Origin: Deltaproteobacteria bacterium TL4
GTDB taxonomy: Bacteria; SAR324; NAC60-12
DNA length: 39,871 bases
Direction of reading: 5' to 3'
Assembly: GCA_051382335.1 (NCBI GenBank)
Contig: JBBCAX010000401.1
Location: 1-39,871 of the forward strand
Under the pieces are notes generated by a model. It saw only the letters and a list, made by a program, of their open reading frames with translations. It ran no database searches and was not told the DNA's origin. The position numbers and the translations under genes were made by a program. Below are positions 26,174 to 35,035 of the stretch, piece by piece (the stretch's first letter is position 1; each line of letters opens with the position of its first letter).

Positions 26174-27898
26174 TCACGTTGATTTAATATCCAACGCTTT
26201 AAATTGAATACGTGCCTGGTTTGCCGGTCCCATGACTTGAGGCGACACTACCAAATCAAAGTAACCCGATATCCGCTTATACCACTCTGAGCGCTCCCAT
26301 GCAACAACTTCGATATCAGCATCTGTGGTATTCACAAAAAATTTGAGGTGATTGTTTCCAAAAACCGATGGAGCTTTAAGATAAGCGTCATGAATTCCCA
26401 AAATAGGCTCTGGATTGTCCACACCAAAGGGAGACATTTTAATCAACTCTTCAACAAACTGAGACCCCAGTTGCTTTTCATGGATCCAGGCTTCAATAAT
26501 CAGGTCATTATCCCTGAGGAAAGTCCGATCGACACCTCCTTCAATCATATCCTGGAATTTTTTACAAAACAAACTTAAGTTTTGGGATTGCAAACTCAAC
26601 CCGGCCGCCGCCGTATGCCCTCCAAATTTTTCCAAAAAACTGGAACATCGTTCCAAAACAGAGCAAATATCAAAATTTCCCACACTGCGGACAGAGCCTA
26701 ACGCAATTTTATTTCCGGACAGCGTTACCGCTAAAGTGGGTTTATGAAATTGACCCGCAATTTTTGTGGCGACATTCCCAATGACCCCGGGATGCCAATG
26801 TTCACTGATCAAAATAATCACTTTTTGGTCATGCTGTTCCGAGGCTGACAGGATGGCGCTGTTCAGGGCCAGTCGTTCCATTCGTTGACGTTCTATATTG
26901 ACTTCAATCAAGGCTTCCGCATGAGGTCGTGCTTCCATTAAAGAGCGGGAAAGGAGCAAGCGAACTCCGGTATTGGGGTCACTCAACCTTCCAACCGCGT
27001 TGATTTTAGGCGCTAATTTAAAACTCACGGTCGCCGTGGTTATTTTTCCGTGGGTATTGCTTGCTTTCAATAAGGCCTGAATTCCGGGGCGGGGAGCATG
27101 GTTCAATAGCTGCAATCCTCGCTGGACAAAAAAACGATTTTCGTCAATCAGCGGAACACGGTCGGCAATAGTCGCCAGTGCGACCAGATCCAAATCTCTT
27201 TCTAAATCAGGTCGAATATATCCGGATCGGTACCAAAAATTCTGTTCGGTCAATGATTGATCGAGGGCTACTAAAAGTTTATACGCAACCCCGGTGCCAG
27301 CAAGTCCCTTGAACGGATACAAACACCGCGGATGTTTGGGGTTCACAATGGCCTGAGCTTCCGGTATTTTGTCCCCAAACCGGTGGTGATCCGTGATCAA
27401 CAAGTCCATCCCCATTTTTTTAATGAGTAAGGCTTCCTCAACGGCTGTTGAACCATTATCGACAGTAATCACGATATTGACCTGTTTTCGTTTCAACTCC
27501 CTTAAGGTTTTTTCCGTTAACCCATAACCATCTTTCATGCGTTCAGGAATAAAGTAGTAAACCCGAACTCCGATCCTCTTGAGATATTTGTAAACAATGA
27601 CCGTGGCAGCCGTCCCATCAACGTCATAATCGCCATAAATGGCAATTTTCTCACCTCGATGAATGGCGTAAAGAATTCGGTCCATTGCGTGTTCCATATC
27701 ATGCATCAGAAAAGGGTCATGGCATTGATTGACGCTGGGGTTGAGGAAGTTTTCCACGACGCTTATGTCTAATAAATTTCGGGCAACCAGGACTTGCGCC
27801 AGGATGGGCGTGATTCCAAATTCCTGGCATAAGTGACTGACATGGTGTTTATTCGCGGCGATATCTGCTGTTTTCCAAAATAATTTTGCGAAAGACAT
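26174..27898 (-). CDS. recJ: Single-stranded-DNA-specific exonuclease RecJ
   Basis: YGDYDVDG, ITVDNG, ITDHH, LATIADRVPL, PKINAVGR, GSVRS and FGGH. Confidence 0.95.
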   Translation of the reverse strand: MSFAKLFWKTADIAANKHHVSHLCQEFGITPILAQVLVARNLLDISVVENFLNPSVNQCHDPFLMHDMEHAMDRILYAIHRGEKIAIYGDYDVDGTAATVIVYKYLKRIGVRVYYFIPERMKDGYGLTEKTLRELKRKQVNIVITVDNGSTAVEEALLIKKMGMDLLITDHHRFGDKIPEAQAIVNPKHPRCLYPFKGLAGTGVAYKLLVALDQSLTEQNFWYRSGYIRPDLERDLDLVALATIADRVPLIDENRFFVQRGLQLLNHAPRPGIQALLKASNTHGKITTATVSFKLAPKINAVGRLSDPNTGVRLLLSRSLMEARPHAEALIEVNIERQRMERLALNSAILSASEQHDQKVIILISEHWHPGVIGNVATKIAGQFHKPTLAVTLSGNKIALGSVRSVGNFDICSVLERCSSFLEKFGGHTAAAGLSLQSQNLSLFCKKFQDMIEGGVDRTFLRDNDLIIEAWIHEKQLGSQFVEELIKMSPFGVDNPEPILGIHDAYLKAPSVFGNNHLKFFVNTTDADIEVVAWERSEWYKRISGYFDLVVSPQVMGPANQARIQFKALDIKST

Positions 27899-28153
27899 AG
27901 TGGCTTCGTTGATTAAAGTCAAACCGAATTAAGCCATAAGTTAAAGGCCAGGAAAAGAATAGGAATGTCCTTTTACCACACTGCCCAGCATACGGTTTTG
28001 TGATTAAAAACTCAAGGTGGGCTTTTAATCTTTTTTATAAAGAAGAATGTCTTGTTCGTTGCTCTTAAGATCTTTACCATGAGCCGAAAATACCGAAGAC
28101 TAAGGCGTTATTATGGAAATTAATTCATGAGCAAGACCCCTTCAGAGGCCGTT

Positions 28154-29254
28154 ATGAAAGAATTGCAAGTCAACATTCCGGGATATGAGTATCAGCTTCA
28201 CATTGGCCAACATATTCTTGAGCCGCTTCTCCCTGAATTCCTCCGCCGGGTAAAGGCCAGGCACGTGGTGGTTGTCACCAATCAGACAATACATAATTTA
28301 TACCCTTTCCTTATTTCACAATCCTTACAAGCTACAGAAATTCAAGTAGATACCTGTATTTTGCCGGATGGGGAACAGTATAAAACTTTGGAAACCTTAG
28401 CACTGATTTACGATTTTTTGTTATCAAAGCATGCCAACCGAAATACGGTTTTGATTGCGTTTGGAGGCGGCGTGATTGGCGATATGGCAGGATTTGCCGC
28501 AGCGACATTCATGCGGGGTATCCGTGTTGTCCAGGTTCCAACAACCTTGTTGGCGTTTGTCGATAGTAGTATTGGCGGTAAAACCGCGGTAAATCATCCT
28601 CTGGGAAAAAACACGATTGGCGCGTTTAAACAACCTAGTTATGTCTGTACGGATCTGGTGTTTTTGAAAACCCTGCCCTTTCGTGAGTTGCAGGCAGGGT
28701 ACATGGAATTGCTGAAGCACGGATTGATTCACGACGTGGAGCTTCTGGACAGGATTCAAACCCATTCCCTGGAACCCCTGGATCTCACTTTTTTGGAAGA
28801 GGCTGTCTATCGCTCCTGCCAGGTCAAAGCACGGGTTGTGGAACTGGATGAAAAAGAAAGTAATCTCAGAGCAACCTTAAACTTCGGGCATACCTTGGGA
28901 CACCTGTTGGAAACCCACACAGGGTATACTCAATATTTACATGGGGAGGCTGTCGGCGTTGGAATGTTTTTTGCGGCGTTTGTTTCCCGTCAATTGGATT
29001 TTCTGGCGCAGGGAGACTTTGAAAAGGTGCGTTCCTGTTTACAACCTTACCTTGTGTCACAGCCCTTGCCTGCCCTGAATCAAGAGCGTTTTCAAAGCTT
29101 GATCTTGCACGATAAAAAAGCGCAGGATCAAACGGTTAATTTCATTCTACTCAAACAAAGGGGAGAATGTTTTATCTATCCCAATATGTCGCCAACCCGG
29201 CTCTGGACTTTGTTTGGAGAATTTCAGAAAGCCTATCCCCGGGTTTTTAAGTAA
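28154..29254 (+). CDS. aroB: 3-dehydroquinate synthase
   Basis: DGEQYK, GGGVIGD, PTTLLAFVDSSIGGKTAVN, LNFGHTLGH, HGEAV and DKK. Start is 28154 (GAGG RBS) or 28127. Confidence 0.96.
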   Translation: MKELQVNIPGYEYQLHIGQHILEPLLPEFLRRVKARHVVVVTNQTIHNLYPFLISQSLQATEIQVDTCILPDGEQYKTLETLALIYDFLLSKHANRNTVLIAFGGGVIGDMAGFAAATFMRGIRVVQVPTTLLAFVDSSIGGKTAVNHPLGKNTIGAFKQPSYVCTDLVFLKTLPFRELQAGYMELLKHGLIHDVELLDRIQTHSLEPLDLTFLEEAVYRSCQVKARVVELDEKESNLRATLNFGHTLGHLLETHTGYTQYLHGEAVGVGMFFAAFVSRQLDFLAQGDFEKVRSCLQPYLVSQPLPALNQERFQSLILHDKKAQDQTVNFILLKQRGECFIYPNMSPTRLWTLFGEFQKAYPRVFK

Positions 29255-29263
29255 TGGAGTCCC

Positions 29264-30145
29264 TCATTTCAACACAATCACAACACGGGCTTCGCGTAAA
29301 AAACTTTGGGTAGCGGCAATTTGACGTAACTTTTGCGCGTCTTCATTTTTGATCACTATATCGGTTTTATTTTTGCCTGCGCTGCCAAGGGCTTTCACCA
29401 CTAAAGGTTTGTCCTGGACTCGGTCGTTTTGCTGTGCTTTGTCCATCGTTTTTACATAGCCGGCCATGCCATGTTTCAGGACAAAACCGCGATCCACATA
29501 GGCGGAGCCATAAACTTCTTTCCCTTGTTCATCAATGATCTTGGGGGACATGGCGGGTTGAACCTCAATTTGTGACGCATCAATGATCAACCCGGTATAG
29601 ACACGGTTGATATCAATCTGTGGGCCGGAATCGGATTTAGCTAAAGGTGCTTGCAAGGGAAACGGTTGCAGAGGCACAGGCGCAAAATTGGACGCTTCGG
29701 ACTCTGTTCGATAAACAAATTCATCAGGAATTGTGTTGCGTAACCGTGCTTCCATTCGAAGTTTAACCGAGCCGTCAGAAAAATACCTGGGTTCTCCCAC
29801 AGGTCGTAATCCGTCTAATTTCCCTTGAACCTGCGTTCTCACCTCATCGGTGGCAATCATGGCTTCTTGCATCGTCGTGTTTGAGGAAATATTAACGCCT
29901 TTGATCATTTCCAAAAGATTTCGTGCGGCATCCAAACGGGCTGCCCGAATAGCGCTTGCGTTGCGAACGGCAGAGTTGGTCGCGAAGCGGGAGGGCGCAC
30001 CGACGCCTTCCGCAATCACAACACCTCGATCCCAGTCAATACAAGCTGACGGGCCATTTTGAGTACATCGTTCGTCGATGCTTTGGGCATGGACACTCGC
30101 GCTGAATAGTAAAGCAATCACAACATACAATATTCTCTGTAGCAT
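29264..30145 (-). CDS. Secreted protein, LPP20-like family
   Basis: Signal peptide; AIRAARLDAARNLLEMIKGVNI and YTGLIIDA...MSPKIIDE.G.EVYG motifs. Confidence 0.65.
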   Translation of the reverse strand: MLQRILYVVIALLFSASVHAQSIDERCTQNGPSACIDWDRGVVIAEGVGAPSRFATNSAVRNASAIRAARLDAARNLLEMIKGVNISSNTTMQEAMIATDEVRTQVQGKLDGLRPVGEPRYFSDGSVKLRMEARLRNTIPDEFVYRTESEASNFAPVPLQPFPLQAPLAKSDSGPQIDINRVYTGLIIDASQIEVQPAMSPKIIDEQGKEVYGSAYVDRGFVLKHGMAGYVKTMDKAQQNDRVQDKPLVVKALGSAGKNKTDIVIKNEDAQKLRQIAATQSFLREARVVIVLK

Positions 30146-30502
30146 TGAAACCTCACAAAAATAGTCAGTCAGGAATGAGAATTTAAAAAGTTATGAAATT
30201 TTCATTCCTTGGCATAAACAATGGAGTTGCCTGTAACATCACAATCCGGATTGATGAATCTCTTTGACGTAATAAGGAAAAGCATATTACATGCCTTTTG
30301 ACTTCTCCTTCTTCACGGTTTCAGCCTTTGCAGAATTCTGGTGCCCCACGTGGATCGTCCCGACAGAAAAATGTGGAGCAACAATATCAGTCAGTTAGAA
30401 TAACAAGAAGCTTAAAATCGTTTCCCTGCCCCCCTCAATCCCGAAAAGGGGGTATTGGCAAATTTCAGATTACAATTAACAGGGCTGAACTTTAAATTAG
30501 CA

Positions 30503-30532
30503 TTGACAAAATGAGAGTAAACCTCCTATAAA
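30503..30532 (+). promoter_or_regulatory. Possible sigma70 promoter for the MCP gene
   Basis: TTGACA-N18-TATAAA, 80 nt upstream of the start. Confidence 0.4.
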
Positions 30533-30612
30533 CAGGAACAGAGGTATCCATCAAAAGAGTAATAGCGTCCACTTAGGAAATCAATTTTTTCCATACTAAC
30601 TATATAGGCCTT

Positions 30613-32307
30613 ATGAAACAAGAAATGACCAAATCGGATATAACCAGTGAAGGAAAAGGAAGTAAGAAGTCCCTCAAAGTGAAGTTTAGGGCTACGCTGT
30701 TGGTGAAATTACTATCAGTCACCGCGGTGCTGACTTTTATTGTCTCGGTGATTGGTGTTGTGGTTACTGTTAAACTCAATGAACAATCACTCCGCGAGCG
30801 GGGGCAGATACAGTTAGAGTCTCAAGAAAAAAAATATCAGGAAAAAATTGAAGCGGCAGAGCAACAACTGGAAATGGAAATGAACAGACAATTAGGAATC
30901 TTCGCTTATTTTATTCAAGATGCCCTTTTGAACGCGGATGCGGAACAGGGGTTGGCTGCGGTGAAACTTTTCATTACCAACAAAGCAATCATCGGCGTGA
31001 TGGTTGTTGATGGTAATGGCGAGTTGTTTACAGGGGTAAAGCTCAATGCGGAGGGCTCGGTAGTCCCTTTTCATGACAGTGCGGAGTTTCCTGAAGCGAA
31101 TCCTCCTGAGGTGATGCGCCTTGGGCAAGCGGTGGAGAAAGATGGAAAATTGCTCGGAAAAATCAGGTTCGCCTACACGAATGCCAGTATCCAGAAAATG
31201 GGAACGCTGGAGGAAGAAACGATTGATGCCGTTTGCGATGGATTATATAGCGACATTAAAACTCAACGTAGAGAACTCCTTTATATCCGTGCTGTTGAAA
31301 CCCTGGTTTTGTTGATCTTGCTCATGGCGGGTCTCACGTTTATCGCACGGAAAACTATCACTCAACCGTTAATGGCTCTGAAAAAAATATTGGATGCCCT
31401 TGTCTCATCAGAGGGGGATTTGACCTTGCGATTAAAAACAACAGGGGATGACGAAATATCGGAGTTGTCCCTTATTTTTAACAAATTTGTGGCTCAAATT
31501 CAGGAGATTGTTAAGAATATTGCTAACGGAGGAGGTCGAATTGATCATCAAAGTATGCAAATGAGTTCTTCTGTCAGTAATATTTCCGGAACCATTCATG
31601 TGCTGACAGAGTTGGCAACCGCTCAATCCGCGGCAATTGAACAAACCTCCGCCTCAATGCGACAAATTCAGTCAGGCATCGAAATGACCGCAAATTATGC
31701 CAAAGGCGCGGATCGTCTATCCATTGAAGCCGGAGAAGAAAGCAAGGAAAGTTCCAAAGTAGTGCAACAGATGCAGGACAGTATGCAGCGTATTCACGAT
31801 ACGGCTACGCAAATTAATAATTCCATTTCCGCTATTAGCGAAATTGCGAATCAAACCAACTTGTTGTCACTCAATGCAGCGATCGAAGCCGCAAAAGCGG
31901 GTGAGCAGGGAAAGGGGTTTGCTGTGGTTGCCGATGAAGTACGACGATTGGCTGAAAACTCCGCCAATGTGACTCAGGAAATACAGAGTTTGATTCAGGA
32001 AAGCAACCAAAGAATTGGTGAAGGACAGGATTCTGTCAAGCTTGTCGACTCCAGTCTTTCCCGAATTTCACAAAAAATTAATGAAAGTTCCACAGTCGTT
32101 TCTCAAATTTCCACAGCAACTTCGGAGCAAAACATTGCGGCACAGGAAATCAATGTAACCTTGGAACGTTTGGCGGAAAGTAGTTCCGAAGTCGCCGAGG
32201 CAGCGGAAAAAATTGATAATACCGCCTCAAGCCAAGTTCAATTCGCAGATAACATGGCGAATGAAGCTCATGAACTTCTCAATGTGATCTGGCAATTTAA
32301 ATACTAA
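30613..32307 (+). CDS. Methyl-accepting chemotaxis protein (two TM, HAMP, MCP signalling domain)
   Basis: [49 protein letters not shown]...DEISEL. Confidence 0.95.
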   Translation: MKQEMTKSDITSEGKGSKKSLKVKFRATLLVKLLSVTAVLTFIVSVIGVVVTVKLNEQSLRERGQIQLESQEKKYQEKIEAAEQQLEMEMNRQLGIFAYFIQDALLNADAEQGLAAVKLFITNKAIIGVMVVDGNGELFTGVKLNAEGSVVPFHDSAEFPEANPPEVMRLGQAVEKDGKLLGKIRFAYTNASIQKMGTLEEETIDAVCDGLYSDIKTQRRELLYIRAVETLVLLILLMAGLTFIARKTITQPLMALKKILDALVSSEGDLTLRLKTTGDDEISELSLIFNKFVAQIQEIVKNIANGGGRIDHQSMQMSSSVSNISGTIHVLTELATAQSAAIEQTSASMRQIQSGIEMTANYAKGADRLSIEAGEESKESSKVVQQMQDSMQRIHDTATQINNSISAISEIANQTNLLSLNAAIEAAKAGEQGKGFAVVADEVRRLAENSANVTQEIQSLIQESNQRIGEGQDSVKLVDSSLSRISQKINESSTVVSQISTATSEQNIAAQEINVTLERLAESSSEVAEAAEKIDNTASSQVQFADNMANEAHELLNVIWQFKY

Positions 32308-32320
32308 AAGGACATCAAAC

Positions 32321-32349
32321 AACTTCTCCTTTTGTTAAATGGGGAAGTT
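32321..32349. terminator. Stem-loop between the convergent MCP and amidohydrolase genes
   Basis: AACTTCTCC / GGGGAAGTT stem. Confidence 0.4.
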
Positions 32350-32385
32350 ATTAAAATCCCCTTCTTAAAACTCGATGTTCAAGCC

Positions 32386-33576
32386 TTAGTCTTCCAGCAG
32401 AGGATTCGCCATAAAAATTGAAGGAGCGAATTTTCTTTTCGTTCGAGGGTATTTGACGGTTCGTTTCACAACAAAATCAAATAATAAGGGGTTGTACTGA
32501 CTGATTTCTTTCAAATACTTTCGTTCCTGAGCGGTAATAAAACCTGTGAGTTCTAATTTTTTTGTGCTGATTAAGGTTTTAATGGCGGGGATCGGATAGT
32601 CACTGCCATTAACAAGCTGATGTCTCAAATCATAACGGTCAATCAGAGTCCGAAGAACTTTAGGGTGACGATTGGTTTGAGTGGTACCTGAGATATCTCC
32701 AAAAAGATGTCTTTCATAGTTTTTCTCTTCCATCATGCGTATAAACAAATCAAAACAGGACACTTTTTTTCGATCAGGAGAATCCAGGTCTGCCATTTTT
32801 CCCAAGCTCGCACAATGCGCCATAATCACCCGGATTCCGTAGTTCAAGGGTTTTCTTAGCAACAAGGGGTTCCCCATCTCCTGATGTTCCTCAGAGTTAA
32901 CCGCATGTTCGACACCGGTATGTGTCAGTAAAATCATCTGGTAGTGTTTCATCTTTTGATAAAACGCATCCAGCTTGGAACTAGAAGGATCAATCCCCAT
33001 TGAGTTGGGAAGCCATTTAACCCATTTAAGGCCTTGTTTCCCCCACCGATCCAGCTCACTCAAGGCATCCGTGCGATAGGGGTGTACCGAAATGACGGGT
33101 AACAACAGATCCGGATAACGCTCCGCAACTTCAACGACATAGTCATTCGGAACATAAAAGGCGGTCTTTGATAAATCAGCCCGTCCTTCTGGAGTATAAA
33201 ATTTATCGAAGGCCAAAATATGGTATTTCCCCTGAGGGCTCATGCTTCGTATCAGTTTTATCAATCGTAATACATAGTCCTGATCTCCTCGCTCAAAATT
33301 CCGAACTCTTGTCGCATGAGCATAGATTATAAATTTTAATTGCTGAACAGGATGGAAGCCCTGTCGGATATCGGCATGGACAAAGGTCCCTGTGTTTTTT
33401 GAACCTACGCCTAACAGATGAACATGATAATCGACCATCCTTTGAGGATCAATCCCCTCAAAGGCCGACTGAATGAGCTTTTGAGTTCCTGAGTTCAATT
33501 GACTTAGGGGTCTCTCATACGGATATAAAATATTTTTTTCAAATAATTGAGCAAGCGTTTTTGATAAATATATCAT
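32386..33576 (-). CDS. Amidohydrolase family protein (Amidohydro_2-like)
   Basis: DYHVH, THTGVEH, IMAHCASLG and NGSDYP metal-binding motifs. Confidence 0.88.
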   Translation of the reverse strand: MIYLSKTLAQLFEKNILYPYERPLSQLNSGTQKLIQSAFEGIDPQRMVDYHVHLLGVGSKNTGTFVHADIRQGFHPVQQLKFIIYAHATRVRNFERGDQDYVLRLIKLIRSMSPQGKYHILAFDKFYTPEGRADLSKTAFYVPNDYVVEVAERYPDLLLPVISVHPYRTDALSELDRWGKQGLKWVKWLPNSMGIDPSSSKLDAFYQKMKHYQMILLTHTGVEHAVNSEEHQEMGNPLLLRKPLNYGIRVIMAHCASLGKMADLDSPDRKKVSCFDLFIRMMEEKNYERHLFGDISGTTQTNRHPKVLRTLIDRYDLRHQLVNGSDYPIPAIKTLISTKKLELTGFITAQERKYLKEISQYNPLLFDFVVKRTVKYPRTKRKFAPSIFMANPLLED

Positions 33577-33857
33577 AAAACCTCAGAGATGCGTTGAGTA
33601 GAAAGATCTCACTTTTGTAGTGATAGGCCTTTATTTAGCCACAAAAACCAAGAAAAAGCACTAAATTTTCATAAGACCTGTTGCGTCGACTGAAATAAGC
33701 CATGAGGATGTCCTCACACGTTGCAAAATATAAATTTGAAGGTAAGATGAGTTACGAAATTCTGCGCTATCATTTGTTGGCGCTCATTGGCCGAAATAAA
33801 AACCAGGCTCGAACACCTCATCTCAATCCATAAACTTAGCGTCAAAGGAGTATTTTT

Positions 33858-34727
33858 ATGAATGACTGGTTAGACCGTATCAACGTCCTGAATCTGTTCC
33901 ATTCTGGCGATCAAAAACTGACGGGTTCGCTGTCCATCTGTTTGCTTCTGTGGATCTTCCATCTGTTGATTAACAAAATTGTCTCCCGGCAAACAACAGA
34001 GGCACATACCCGCTATAATTGGCGCAAAGGCTCGTCCTATGCGCTATTTTTTGCAGGGCTCATTTTGATTGGACGTTTGTGGATTCAAGGACTGGAACCA
34101 GTTCTGACATTTCTGGGTTTAATTGCTGCGGCGCTAACTGTTACTCAGAAAGAATCCATTATGAATTTGGTGGGGTTTATCTTCATCCTCTGGAGAAATT
34201 TGTTTTTATCGGGAGACAGAGTGCAAATCGGGACATATCAGGGCGATGTCATTGGAATCGGCTTCTTTTATTTTACCCTGATGGAGATTGGAAATTGGGT
34301 AGGGGGAGACCAAAGTACAGGGAGAATCATTAAAGTACCAAACAGTTTGATCTTAACCACACCCATTACTAATTACACCAAAGGCTTTCCTTTTATTTGG
34401 AATGAAATGGCCTTGGAAGTGACGTTCGAAAGTGACTGGAAAAAGGCTCGGATGATCTTACAAACTATTGCGGAGAAACAAACAGTAGCGACCGTAAAAA
34501 AAGCGGAAGGCGTCCTCAAGACGATAGAAGATGAAATGATTAAGTACCACTATTTAACGCCCATGGTTTATGTGAAACCCCATACGATGAAACCTGTTGG
34601 CATTTTACTGACGTTGCGGTATCTCTGTGAACCCCGTATGCGCCGGGATTCCGAGTCTCGTATGTGGGAAGCGATTCTCGACGAATTCAGCAGGCATGAG
34701 GACCTCATGATTTCTTTTGAAACCTAA
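33858..34727 (+). CDS. Small-conductance mechanosensitive channel (MscS family)
   Basis: Three TM segments; GDRVQIG...GDV, QSTGRIIKVPNS and FESDWKKA; AGGAG RBS. Confidence 0.9.
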   Translation: MNDWLDRINVLNLFHSGDQKLTGSLSICLLLWIFHLLINKIVSRQTTEAHTRYNWRKGSSYALFFAGLILIGRLWIQGLEPVLTFLGLIAAALTVTQKESIMNLVGFIFILWRNLFLSGDRVQIGTYQGDVIGIGFFYFTLMEIGNWVGGDQSTGRIIKVPNSLILTTPITNYTKGFPFIWNEMALEVTFESDWKKARMILQTIAEKQTVATVKKAEGVLKTIEDEMIKYHYLTPMVYVKPHTMKPVGILLTLRYLCEPRMRRDSESRMWEAILDEFSRHEDLMISFET

Positions 34728-34808
34728 AAAAACTCACGAGTTACTTTATGAAATACGCTGCTATAGACGTTCATTTAAATAAATTCATTTGAGTCTAATC
34801 CCGACTGT

Positions 34809-34884
34809 GGAGTGCCAAAGCTTGCTTTGGCCAAAGGCAAAGAAAGGCCTTCGCCTTTCTGGTCAAAGCAAGCTTTGGCACTCC
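34809..34884. repeat. REP-like doublet (GGAGTGC...GCACTCC type) forming a long hairpin
   Basis: 25-bp arms GGAGTGCCAAAGCTTGCTTTGGCCA / TGGTCAAAGCAAGCTTTGGCACTCC (24/25), with an inner AGAAAGGC/GCCTTTCT hairpin. Confidence 0.7.
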
Positions 34885-34988
34885 TGAAACAGCGTTGTTT
34901 AAACGGATCTCGCAACAGGATGAGTTTTCTGAATTTATTTAGATGAACATCTATCACATCAGATTCGGTAGGACACTCTGGGAACAAG

Positions 34989-35022
34989 ACGCTCCATCCC
35001 ATGAACACCAGGGATGGAGCGT
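34989..35022 (-). terminator. Probable terminator of the 7TM-kinase gene
   Basis: Perfect 12-bp stem ACGCTCCATCCC / GGGATGGAGCGT, 13 nt past the stop codon. Confidence 0.6.
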
Positions 35023-35035
35023 AAGAACAAGACTA

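Noticed and set aside
34775..35008. 77-aa minus-strand ORF
   Set aside because: Spans the REP-like doublet and a terminator; not protein-like.
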